Below, piece after piece: positions 31,358 to 40,847 of a DNA stretch of 64,000 nt. Origin of the DNA: Vicinamibacteria bacterium (GTDB lineage: Bacteria > Acidobacteriota > Vicinamibacteria > Marinacidobacterales > Marinacidobacteraceae). The position numbers and the translations under genes were made by a program. Where the stretch lies: contig OY729431.1 of NCBI GenBank assembly GCA_963422395.1, forward strand, positions 1,248,001 through 1,312,000, read 5' to 3'. Positions within the stretch are counted from its first letter, which is position 1; each line of letters begins with the position of its first letter. The notes beneath the pieces were generated by a model. It was not told where the DNA came from and searched no databases. It worked only from the letters and a program-made list of their open reading frames with translations.

Positions 31358-33835
31358 ATGATCGATTTTCACCAGCGCGTCGAAACGAAGTGGCAGGAGC
31401 GCTGGGAACGGGAAGGCACCTTCCGTGCGCCGGACCTCCCCGAGGGGCCTCGGTTCTATTGCCTGGAGATGCTTCCCTATCCGTCGGGCCGCATCCACAT
31501 GGGGCATGTGCGGAACTACTCCATCGGAGATGTAGTGGCCCGTTTCCGCCGGCGGCGCGGTTTCACCGTGATGCACCCGATCGGCTGGGACGCTCTCGGG
31601 CTCCCCGCGGAGAACGCGGCCCTCGAGCGCGGAGCGCACCCCGCGGACTGGACGAACCGCAACATCGAGCACATGCGGCGCCAGCTGCGCCGCCTGGGAT
31701 TCAGTTACGACTGGGACCGCGAGTTCGCCACCTGCGATCCAGCCTATTACCGGTGGAACCAGTGGTTCTTCCTCAAGATGCGGGAGCGCGGCCTCGCATA
31801 CCGGAAGAACGGGCCGGTGAACTGGTGCCCTCGTTGCGAGACGGTCCTCGCCAACGAGCAGGTGGAGGCTGGTCACTGCTGGCGCTGCGAGGCGGTGGTG
31901 ATCTCGCGGGATCTTCCGCAGTGGTTCCTCCGCATCACCGATTACGCCGACGAGTTGCTCGAGGCGATGGAGGAGATGCCGGGCTGGCCGCACAAGGTGC
32001 TGCTCTTGCAGCGGAACTGGATCGGGCGCTCCGAGGGCGCCGAGATCCGCTTTTCCATCCCGGAGCTGGGGGGGGACGGCGAAGTTCCGGTGTTCACCAC
32101 CCGGGTGGACACGATCTACGGTGCTACCGCGCTGGTGCTCGCTCCGGAACACCCTGCTGCCCGCGCGCTCGCGGACCGGGCTCCCGAGGTGGCGGAGTTC
32201 ATCGCCGTAGCCATGTCGAAGCGGGCCGCAGCGGCTCATCCCGGCGGCGAGGAGACCGGGAAGACCGGGGTGGACACCGGGTTCCGCGCAGTGAACCCCT
32301 TTTCCGGAGAGGAGATTCCGGTCTTCGTCGGTGACTATGTGCTCATGGAGTACGGAACCGGCGCGGTGATGGCCGTCCCGGCCCATGACGAACGCGACTA
32401 CGAGTTCGCGAAGAAGTACGGGATCCCCATCCGCCCGGTGGTGATCCCGAATGATCCTGAAGCGCCCCGCGCTGAAGACGGCGCATTCTTCGAATACGGC
32501 ACGGTGGTGGACTCCGGCTCTTTCAGCGGCCTTCCCACCGAAGAGGCGAAGACGGCGATGGCCGAGCACGCGCGCGCCGGCGGTTACGGCGGGCCGAAGA
32601 TCGCCTGGAGGTTCCGCGACTGGGGGATCTCCCGGCAGCGGTATTGGGGCACTCCGATCCCGATGATCCACTGCCGGGATTGCGGCGAGGTTCCGGTCCC
32701 CGAAAAGGATCTGCCGGTGGAACTGCCGCGTGATGTCGAGATCACCGGCATGGGAGGGTCGGCGCTCTCGAAGATCGACTCCTGGAACCGGGTGGACTGC
32801 CCTGTCTGCGGCGCCGGCGCCCGACGCGAGACGGACACCATGGACACCTTCGTGGATTCGTCCTGGTACTTCTATCGATACCTCGATCCGAGAAACGATC
32901 AAGCTCCTTTCGACGCCGAAAAAGCGCGCGCCTGGTTTCCCATCGATCTCTATATCGGAGGGGTGGAGCACGCCATCCTGCACCTGATCTATTGCCGTTT
33001 CTGGACCAGGGTGATGCGAGACCTCGGCCTCGTTGCGAACGACGAACCGGTGGTCCGACAGCTGAGCCAGGGAATGGTCATCAAGGACGGCGCCAAGATG
33101 TCCAAGAGCAAAGGGAATGTCGTGGACCCCGACGCCGTGGTGGAGCGCCACGGAGCCGATGCGATCCGGCTCTATGTGCTGTTCGAATCGCCTCCCGAAA
33201 AGGAGATGGACTGGACCGACGCACGGCTCGCGGGTCCGGCGCGTTACCTCGGACGGCTCGATCGGAGGATCCCGGGGGACGCAGAATGGCTGGCGGGCAC
33301 TTCCTTGCCGACCGGCGAGGAGATTTTCGAGCCGTCCGATCTCGCACTCCGCCGTAAGACCCACCAGACGATCCGGCGGGTGACTCGCGACCTCGAACAG
33401 CGGCTCCACCCGAACACCGCGATCGCCGCCATCATGGAGCTCACCAGCGCGGTTTCCCAGCGCCTGCCCGAGGCGGCGTCCGACGGCTCCAGGCGGGCGG
33501 TCCGTGAGGCGGTGGAGGCGGTGGTGTCCCTGCTGAACCCGATGGCGCCGCATCTGACGGAAGAACTCTGGGAGCGGCTCGGGGGCGAAAGGATGCTGGT
33601 GCACTCGCCCTGGCCGGAGTACGACGAGGAAATCGCCCGCGACGAGCAAGTGCTCGTGGTGCTGCAAGTGAACGGGAAGCTGCGGGGCCGGCTCGAAGCG
33701 CCCGCCGGCCTCGAAGGTGGTGCGCTCGTTGCGCTTGCGCGCGCGAATCCGGGAATCCGCCGCCACCTCGAAGGCCTCACCGTGCGGCGGGTGGTCACGG
33801 TGCCCGACCGGTTGGTCAACTTCGTGGCGAGCTGA
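31358..33835 (+). CDS. leuS: Leucine--tRNA ligase
   Basis: Motifs MLPYPSG.IHMGH, GTGAVMAVPAHD, DWGISRQRYWG, KMSKS. Confidence 0.99.
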   Translation: MIDFHQRVETKWQERWEREGTFRAPDLPEGPRFYCLEMLPYPSGRIHMGHVRNYSIGDVVARFRRRRGFTVMHPIGWDALGLPAENAALERGAHPADWTNRNIEHMRRQLRRLGFSYDWDREFATCDPAYYRWNQWFFLKMRERGLAYRKNGPVNWCPRCETVLANEQVEAGHCWRCEAVVISRDLPQWFLRITDYADELLEAMEEMPGWPHKVLLLQRNWIGRSEGAEIRFSIPELGGDGEVPVFTTRVDTIYGATALVLAPEHPAARALADRAPEVAEFIAVAMSKRAAAAHPGGEETGKTGVDTGFRAVNPFSGEEIPVFVGDYVLMEYGTGAVMAVPAHDERDYEFAKKYGIPIRPVVIPNDPEAPRAEDGAFFEYGTVVDSGSFSGLPTEEAKTAMAEHARAGGYGGPKIAWRFRDWGISRQRYWGTPIPMIHCRDCGEVPVPEKDLPVELPRDVEITGMGGSALSKIDSWNRVDCPVCGAGARRETDTMDTFVDSSWYFYRYLDPRNDQAPFDAEKARAWFPIDLYIGGVEHAILHLIYCRFWTRVMRDLGLVANDEPVVRQLSQGMVIKDGAKMSKSKGNVVDPDAVVERHGADAIRLYVLFESPPEKEMDWTDARLAGPARYLGRLDRRIPGDAEWLAGTSLPTGEEIFEPSDLALRRKTHQTIRRVTRDLEQRLHPNTAIAAIMELTSAVSQRLPEAASDGSRRAVREAVEAVVSLLNPMAPHLTEELWERLGGERMLVHSPWPEYDEEIARDEQVLVVLQVNGKLRGRLEAPAGLEGGALVALARANPGIRRHLEGLTVRRVVTVPDRLVNFVAS

Positions 33836-33837
33836 CC

Positions 33838-34413
33838 GTGGCGTCCGCTGCGAAATCTCCTCTCCGCGTCACCGGGCTCCTCGTCGGGTCGGCCGGGCCC
33901 ATCCTCGGGCTCCTCGGTCTTGCCGCCGCCCCGCTTGCCGCCGGCTGCGGTTACCGGTTGGCCGGCCTGGGGGCCGGCCTTCCCGATCACATCGAGGTGA
34001 TCGCGATCCTCCCTTTCGAGAACGAGAGTGCCTTTCCCGAGGTCGAGGAGGGCATGACCGAGCAGATCATCGAGGGCTTCAACGAAAGGGGCCGCTACAC
34101 GGTGCAAGAGCACGAGGAAGGGGCCCACGCGGTGATGCGCGGAACGGTGCTGAGCGTGGATTTTTCGCCGGCGCAGCTCGACCCCGCTACTGGCGCGGCT
34201 TCCTCCTACCTCATCATCGTGAGAGCCACCGTGGTGTTCACCGATGTCGTGAACGAGGTCCCGATCTTCGAATCCGACGAGTTCACCCTGCGGGACGAGT
34301 TCTCGATCAGCGAGAATCCGGACGCCGCCTTCGACCGCGAAGGGCTGGCGTTCACCCGCATCGCGAGCGCGTTCGCCGATTCTCTGCTGGTCGCCATTCT
34401 CGAAGGTTTTTAG
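33838..34413 (+). CDS. lptE: LPS assembly lipoprotein LptE family
   Basis: Lipobox LAAGC-GYRLAG. Canonical leuS-lptE-holA order. Confidence 0.82.
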   Translation: MASAAKSPLRVTGLLVGSAGPILGLLGLAAAPLAAGCGYRLAGLGAGLPDHIEVIAILPFENESAFPEVEEGMTEQIIEGFNERGRYTVQEHEEGAHAVMRGTVLSVDFSPAQLDPATGAASSYLIIVRATVVFTDVVNEVPIFESDEFTLRDEFSISENPDAAFDREGLAFTRIASAFADSLLVAILEGF

Positions 34414-34562
34414 CAGCCTGTGGACGAAATGCCGAGTAGCGAGGGGCTCCCGGTCGAGGACAACCGACCGGGAATCCCTCGCTCTCCGGCGTGTTCGCGG
34501 GGCCTTCCTGGCCCCGCAGGGACCGCTCTCAGGACTCGCGCCACTGCATCCACAGGCTGTTG
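34411..34562. mobile_element. MITE family A copy with a largely different interior
   Basis: TAGCAGCCTGTGGACGAAAT...ACTGCATCCACAGGCTGTTG. Interior contains two GC hairpins. Confidence 0.75.
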
Positions 34563-34645
34563 AGGGGAGCAATGCAGGGCACTCGTTCGGCGGGCAGTCG
34601 AGCACTGCGGGGAGTTGCGGAGGGCGTTCCTCCCCCGGGTGGCTG

Positions 34646-35755
34646 ATGGCCTTTTCGGAAGCTGGCTTCGCCCGGACCTTCGCGGCGCTCCGCCCGATCC
34701 CCGCGGAAGCAGCGGGCGAGAGTCTGCCGGCGCCGGGGACCCCGGGCGTCTATGTGGTCGGGGGAGGAGACAGCTGGCTGCGCCGACGGACCGCGGGGCA
34801 TATCGCCACCTACCATCTGGGGGAAGAGCCGGCGCCCTTCCGGCGACGCCGTCTCGATGGACGGACCGCGACCGGCGATCAGCTGACGAGCACAGCCCGA
34901 ACCGTCGCCTTCCACGGCGGTCCGGTGGTGCTCGCCGAAAGCGCCCTTCGCCTCGCCCAGCCGCCGGCGACCGCGCGCGGGCTCGCCGGGGTCTTCCTCG
35001 AGCTCGTGCGCGACCCCCCGGGACGGGCGGTGATCGTCGTCGAGTGGGAACAGAATCCGGATCGCCGCCGCAAGGACTGGAAGGCGCTCGCCGCCGCTCT
35101 CGCCGCCGCGGTGGAGTCCGGCAAGGCGTTCGTTTTCGACTGCGACGCGCCGGCAGAAACGCAGCTGCCCGGCTGGATTCGCCGGACGGCCCGCGAGCGC
35201 GGCGTCCGGCTGCCGGAGGGCGGGGCGGAACGGCTCGCCGAGCGGTTCGGGCGCGAACTCCGGCAGCAAGTGAACGAGATCGAGAAGCTCGCCGCCTACG
35301 CCGGGGATGGCGACCGCGGCGCCATCACCGTCGAGGACATGGACCGGGTGCTCGGGGGCGGGAGTGCTCGGGATCGGTTCCGCTTCACGAACGCCCTCCA
35401 GGCGGGCCGCACCGAGGCGGCCCTCGAAGCCCTCGACCTCCTTCTTCGCGACGGGGAATCGCCGCAGGCTCTCCTCGCGCTCTTCCACCGGCTCGTGGTT
35501 CAGATCCAGCTGGCCCAGGAACTTCAGGCGAAGGGAGAACCGCTCGCCTCGGCGCTTCGGGTCCCTTCGCGGGTCGCTGCGGATCTGGGCCGCGCCGCCC
35601 GCCGGTTCGATCGCGCCGGACTGCGCTTGCTGCTCCGCCGGATCGCCGAGATGGATCTGCGGCTCAAGACCACCCGTGTCCCGCACCGCGCCGCGCTTTC
35701 CTCGCTGGCCCTGTTGTTGGGGGGAGCCGCGGGGGCCCCGCCCTCCTCCTCATAG
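34646..35755 (+). CDS. holA: DNA polymerase III delta subunit
   Basis: VYVVGGGD, LPGWI..AR, NEIEKLAAY, ITVEDM, MDLRLKT, plus synteny with leuS-lptE. Confidence 0.85.
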   Translation: MAFSEAGFARTFAALRPIPAEAAGESLPAPGTPGVYVVGGGDSWLRRRTAGHIATYHLGEEPAPFRRRRLDGRTATGDQLTSTARTVAFHGGPVVLAESALRLAQPPATARGLAGVFLELVRDPPGRAVIVVEWEQNPDRRRKDWKALAAALAAAVESGKAFVFDCDAPAETQLPGWIRRTARERGVRLPEGGAERLAERFGRELRQQVNEIEKLAAYAGDGDRGAITVEDMDRVLGGGSARDRFRFTNALQAGRTEAALEALDLLLRDGESPQALLALFHRLVVQIQLAQELQAKGEPLASALRVPSRVAADLGRAARRFDRAGLRLLLRRIAEMDLRLKTTRVPHRAALSSLALLLGGAAGAPPSSS

Positions 35756-35826
35756 GAACGCTCGACGCCGCACTGCCGACCCATCGTTCCCGAAACAGCG
35801 ACTCGGAATCGAACTCGCTGCCGCCC

Positions 35827-35990
35827 GAGAGATAACCGCGGCTCCCGTCCGCGGCCCTGAAAAACATCTGTTGCGCCCGAGGCTGCGACTCGGGTGCGTC
35901 GCAGCGGGAGAAAGTGTGAAAGGGGGTCTCTCCCCCGTTAACGAATTGGTGACGCAGAAGCCGAACTCGCTGCCTCCGGCAGCAGTTCGG
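35827..35990. repeat. Repeat family B copy
   Basis: GAAAAACATCTGTTGCGCCCGAGGCTGCGACTCGGG...AAAGTGTGAAAGGGGGTCTCTCCCCCGTT, homologous to the 37.1-37.7 kb units. Confidence 0.8.
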
Positions 35991-36014
35991 ATTCCCGCCT
36001 CCGGAACGCTCGGC

Positions 36015-36956
36015 TCAGCGTTCGAGCAGCGCCGTGATCAGCCAAGCAGCAATCGGCTTGCCGAAGGCACCGGCGGCCAACAGCAGAGCGCCCGCTGCTC
36101 CCCAGGCGAGCCGGCGGGTCCATGAACTCCGCTCTCGCAGCTCAGCGAGAGAGACCGCCAGGCCACCGATGGCGTCCAGAATGTTCTGGAAATTCTTCGC
36201 TGTCTCTTTCCGGTCGGCCTCACGCGCCGCCGCTACTTCCCTTCGGTCGGCTTCGCGCGCCGCCGCCGACTGCTGGAACTTCTCTTCTGCCTCCTTCCGG
36301 TCGGCTTCGCGCGCCGCCGCTGCCTCCTTCCGGTCGGCTTCGCGCGCCGCCGCTGCCTCCTTCCGGTCGGCCTCGCGCGCCGCCGCTGCTTCCTTCCGGT
36401 CGGCCTCGCGCACCGCCGCTGCTTCCTTCCGGTCGGCTTCGAGAACCGCCACTAACTGTTGGAACTTCTCTTCTGCTTGCTTTCGGTCGGCCTCGCGCAC
36501 CGCTGCTGCTTCCTTCCGGTCGGCCTCGCGCGCCGCCGCTGCTTGCTTTCGGTCGGCCTCGCGCACCGCTGCTGCTTCCTTTCGGTTGGCTTCGCGCGCC
36601 GCCGCTGCTTCCTTCCGGTCGGCTTGCGCCTCCTGTCGGATCTCCCGGATCTCCCCGCGGATCCCGGCCAGCTCCCGCAGCACTGGGGACTGCTCCCCTT
36701 CGAGCCCTTCGGGAACTGCCGGCTCCGGAGGTCGGTCGGCCGCCGCTTCGGCTCCGCTCATCGGCACCCTCTCCGCAGCATGGGAGCGAGTGTAGGGGCG
36801 GGTCGCCGGCTCCGCAACGCTCGCAACACCGCCGCTGGTCAGGCTGCTCGGAACCTCGCTTGCAGCGGTCGCCGTTGCGGTCAGACGGAGTTTCTTGGTT
36901 CGGGCTTTCTTCTTTCGGGGCGGCTTTTCGGGGGTCTTCTTCGGATATGGGGGCAT
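36015..36956 (-). CDS. Coiled-coil protein with 11-aa tandem repeats and a C-terminal membrane anchor
   Basis: AGGAG RBS before ATG 36956, Lys/Pro-rich N-terminus, ~12 EADRKEAAAAR units, C-terminal hydrophobic segment. Confidence 0.75.
   Translation of the reverse strand: MPPYPKKTPEKPPRKKKARTKKLRLTATATAASEVPSSLTSGGVASVAEPATRPYTRSHAAERVPMSGAEAAADRPPEPAVPEGLEGEQSPVLRELAGIRGEIREIRQEAQADRKEAAAAREANRKEAAAVREADRKQAAAAREADRKEAAAVREADRKQAEEKFQQLVAVLEADRKEAAAVREADRKEAAAAREADRKEAAAAREADRKEAAAAREADRKEAEEKFQQSAAAREADRREVAAAREADRKETAKNFQNILDAIGGLAVSLAELRERSSWTRRLAWGAAGALLLAAGAFGKPIAAWLITALLER
36200..36630. repeat. 33-bp coding tandem repeat with a 186-bp higher-order period
   Basis: TT(C/T)CGGT(C/T)GGC recurs at 33-bp spacing with two 54-bp units. 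Confidence 0.9.
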
Positions 36957-37050
36957 GGGGTTTTCTCCTGTTTTTCGGACGGGGGCGATATGACGCACAC
37001 GCCCCACTCTCATAGACGGAATTCGGATCGATTTCTTCCCACGCCAGTTT

Positions 37051-37724
37051 CGAGCGGTCCGGGAGCGGGGCGTTCCACTCCTCCCACGAGGGTCCGAAAC
37101 GCGACCCGACTTCACGCCTTCCTGAGAGAGCGGCGACCCCCGACCGTGGCCCGAAAAACACTTGTTGCGCCCGAGGCTGTGGCTCGGGCGCGTCGGAGCG
37201 GGGGAAAGTGTGAAAGGGGGTTCACCCCCGTTCACAGGATGGTGGCTTCGAATCGGACTCGCTGCCGCCCCGGTTCAGCTTGGATGCGAATCGGGTGTGG
37301 GGAACTCGTTGTGCGGCAGGAGTGCGATTCGCGGCGCGGAGCGCCGGGCGGTTCGGGAGCGGGGCGTTCCACTCTTCCCACGAAGGTCCGAAACGCGACC
37401 CGACTTCACGCCTTCCTGAGAGAGCCGCGACCCCCGACCGTGGCCCGAAAAACACTTGTTGCGCCCGAGGCTGTGGCTCGGGCGCGTCGGAGCGGGGGAA
37501 AGTGTGAAAGGGGGTTCACCCCCGTTCACAGGATGGTGGCTTCGAATCGGACTCGCTGCCGCCCCGGTTCAGCTTGGACGCGACGGGGTGTGGGGAACTC
37601 GTTGTGCGGCAGGAGTGCGATTCGCGGCGCGGAGCGCCGGGCGGTTCGGGAGCGGGGCGTTCCACTCCTCCCACGAGGGTCCGAAACGCGACCCGACTTC
37701 ACGCCCCGCTCCCGGACCGCTCGG
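37051..37724. repeat. Tandem array of repeat family B (294/293-bp period, ~2.2 units) bounded by a 23-bp perfect inverted repeat
   Basis: Units start at 37054, 37348 and 37641. CGAGCGGTCCGGGAGCGGGGCGT at 37051 has its exact reverse complement at 37701-37723. Confidence 0.9.
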
Positions 37725-37726
37725 GG

Positions 37727-40173
37727 TCAGAGGAGGGGTTGCGGTTCTCGGGGGTTTTCGCGGGCCAGCCGCTCGATCTCCGGCCAGGAACGCACCAGCG
37801 CGTCGTAGGCGAACGCCTCCCCCGCTCGACCCCTTCGCTCCGCCGCCGCGTGCAGCCCATACAACAGCTCCCGCACCCCCTCCACCCGTCCCGTCAGCCG
37901 GCCCGCTGCCACCTCCCCCTGCTCCCGCGCCCGCACCAGCTCGTGCGCCACCCGCCACCCCGTCAACCGCCCCTCTCCCTCCGGCGCCCACGCCTCCCCC
38001 CGCTCCCGACTCTCCCCCAGCTCCTCCGGGCGCAACAGCCGCACCCGCCCCCCTCCCGAACGCACGATCCCCGCCTCCACCAGTCCCGAAACACTGGTGT
38101 TCCTCGCTTTCGACAGCGTCTCCGCGTCGTACTCCCCCGTGAGCTCCGAAAGCGTCTCGCCCAGCACCTCGTTGATCTGCGCGAGCGCCTCTCCCACCGC
38201 CACCGGCCTCCCCCCGCTTCCAGCACCCGCGGGGTCCGGGTGAAGATCGCCATCCCCGGCCCGATCGCCGCCTGCGCCAGGTCCACCGGGGCGATGTGCG
38301 CCCGCCGCAGCGGCGCGAGCGCCTCCGGCAGTTCCCGCCGCAGCGCCGCCACGAACTGCCGCCGGGTCGCCGGAGCGGTCCCGGGAGGCCGCCGTCGGCA
38401 GGCCAGCACCACCGAAGACGCCAGCGCGTTCGTCCCCATCCCCACCATCCGGTTCGAGAGCTCGGTGCGCAGCGGCCAGGTGCCGGTGATCGAAAAGCCG
38501 GCGCCGATCACCGCCTCCAGGAAGGTCTCCCAGCCGGTGCGCACCGTCCCTCCCTCCCTCTTCGTCTCCGCCTGCTTGAAGGCGTAGTAGAGGGTGACCG
38601 GGAAGGCTGGGTGCGCCTGTTCCGCGAGGCGTTCCAGGGCGCGCCGCATCCCGCCCAGGAAGAAGGCCTCCGCCCCCGCTCTCCCCCCGTGCCGGTGCGG
38701 TGCGGCCACCAGCTCCTCGTCCTTCGGGGTCGCCAGGGTGGCGAACAGCCCCGGGAACACCGGGCGCAGCGTCCGCCGCAGCCAGACATAGAAGAAGTCC
38801 GACAGGTCGGCGTAGGCCACATTGTCGTAGTAGGGCGGGTCCGTCGAAACGATCCGCTCGCCGCCGCCGGACTGCCCTCCTACCGCGTCCGCCTGCTCTG
38901 CACTCCCGACACCGAAAACCGGGCATCCGCTCCAGTGCCTTGGCCATGTTCTCGAGGCTCACCGCGTAATCGCCGGCTGCTCCGCCGAAGACATTGTTCT
39001 CCGCGTAGTCCCACATCATCGGGATCGCCTGGCGCCCGAAGAGATTGCGAACTTGTGTCTTCGTGACTTCCCAGCGACAGAGGGAGTTGCAGATGTCGGT
39101 CAGGCGGCTCACAGCCAATCCCAGATAGACAGAGACGGCGTCGGCGTAGGCGCGGGGGCCGCTTCCGCCCTCGCGCAGCGGGAGCCCGTCCTCGGCCGCC
39201 CCGGCGGCGAGGGCGTTTTCGCGCACCCGCTCCCGGGCCTCGGCCACCAGGTCCGAAAAGGTGGTCAGCGCCGCCAGCTGCCGCTCCGTGAACAGATCGC
39301 CCCACTCCTTCATGCCATAAGGAACACAGGTCCCACCAGTGAGTCTCGGCGGCACCTCCCCATGCGGTTTCCAGGCCGGGCGGGCCCGCAGCGCTGCCGC
39401 TTCGTGCTCCGGGGTCGGCGGCAGGTACACCCGCTCCCGGTCGCCCGCCGCCACCACCGCCATGAGGCGGGCCCCCAGCCGCCCCGCCTTCCCCTCGGCC
39501 CGAATGTGCTCATAGGGGATCGGCACCCCCGACACCAGACAGCGGAACCCCCGCCGCTTCCCCTCTGAGGTCCCCCGCTTCACCGTTTCCGGCTCGGGCG
39601 GGCTCCCGGTCCGCACCTCGAAGCGGTATTCGCGCCCGGAAACCTCCGGTTCGACCTAGGCCTGTTTCCCCTCCTTCTTCGAGGAGAGGAGGAAGGAGGA
39701 GACGAGGGGGACTTCGACTTCGGCGAAGGCGGGGTTGGGGCTTTTCACCGTACGCGCCCAGAGCCAGGCGATCACCGGCAGCTCCCGACCGCCCTCCGTT
39801 CCCCTCTCCTTTCGCGGTTGCTCCGGCGTAGCGGGCGAGGTCGGGGCGCCCCTGCAGGAGTTCGGGGGAGATGCGGGCTTCGGGGTAGAGGTGTCCGAGG
39901 CGGCGCCGGGCCTCATCGCGCATCCAGGCTCCGTAGAAGCGGACATCGGCGGCGAGGCCGGCGGCGCCGGGGAAGGCACGCGGGGTCGTCGACCAGCTGG
40001 GCGAAGAGGACGGCGCGGGCGGCGGCGAGCGGGCGGCGCGCCCACCAGAGGTGCAGGGTGCTGGGGTGTCCGTGGCGGATGGACTTCTCCCGCGCCGCCG
40101 CTTCGTTGATGGCGTCGAGGGGCAGGGCCACCTCGATCAACTTCCGCCGCCCGCCCGGCGGTCCATCCTTCAC
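37727..40173 (-). pseudogene. DUF1156 domain adenine DNA methyltransferase, fragmented
   Basis: [85 protein letters not shown] are spread over several frames. In-frame TAG at 39656. Confidence 0.9.
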
Positions 40174-40270
40174 CGCTCGCCCGACTCCCCCACCGGGGGG
40201 CAAGCCTATCGAACCCCGAGCCGGCGAAAACCCTCTTCCGGTGGGCGCAGCCCTCAGACTACCTGGACCG

Positions 40271-40434
40271 GGAGATGAGCGGCGACTCCCGTCCGCGACC
40301 CGAAAGAATATCGGTTACGCCCGAGGCTATGGCTCGGGTGCGGCGCGCCGGGCGGTTCGGGGGCGGGGCGCCCCGCTCACCTTACAAGGAGCGAGAGGCG
40401 ACCCGACTTCACGCCCCGTCCCCGGACCGCTCGG
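40271..40434. repeat. Repeat family B copy (internally deleted) overlapping the rpsT 3' end
   Basis: CCCGAGGCTATGGCTCGGG hairpin, GCGCCGGGCGGTTCGGG, GCGACCCGACTTCACGCCCCG..CCCGGACCGCTCGG. Confidence 0.75.
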
Positions 40435-40690
40435 ACCGAAGAACGAGGCGGGAGAGGCGGGATTTGCTGCGGGCGGCGGCGTTCGGGTGGAGGATCCGCC
40501 GGCCCGCCATGCGGTCGAGCAGGGCCAGCGTTTTCGGGAGCTGCTCCCGACTCGCATCGAGATCGTCCGCCGCCACCGCGGCGCGAAGCTGTTTCACGGC
40601 GGTGCGGAGACTGCTCCGGTGATGCCGGTTGCGTAAGCGGCGTTCCTGATTCTGTCGAACGCGCTTCTTCGCGGATTTGCTATGGGCCAT
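40409..40690 (-). CDS. rpsT: 30S ribosomal protein S20
   Basis: MAHSKSAKKRVRQNQERRLRNR...ILHPNAAARSKSRL. GGAG RBS. Confidence 0.96.
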   Translation of the reverse strand: MAHSKSAKKRVRQNQERRLRNRHHRSSLRTAVKQLRAAVAADDLDASREQLPKTLALLDRMAGRRILHPNAAARSKSRLSRLVLRSERSGDGA

Positions 40691-40814
40691 CGTCTCTCCG
40701 AATCCGGTCGTTCCGGAAACCATGCTGCGGTGCGCTCGGGAACCCCGCTCACGAGCAAGGCTGCCGGGACAGCGAGAATCCATGAGTGTACCACCGACCG
40801 CCTCATCGATCGAT

Positions 40815-40847
40815 CTCGGTGCTCGCGACTTCATCCACAGGCTGCTC
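40815..40847. mobile_element. Half copy (one end) of MITE family A
   Basis: TCTCGGTGCTCGCGACTTCATCCACAGGCTGCT. Confidence 0.65.

Noticed and set aside
36200-36630. CRISPR array
   Set aside because: The repeats are contiguous in-frame coding units with no unique spacers, and there are no cas genes.
35827-40434. Classical integron with attC sites
   Set aside because: I saw no consistent RYYYAAC...GTTRRRY boundaries and no intI. The only tyrosine recombinase in the window looks like housekeeping XerD.
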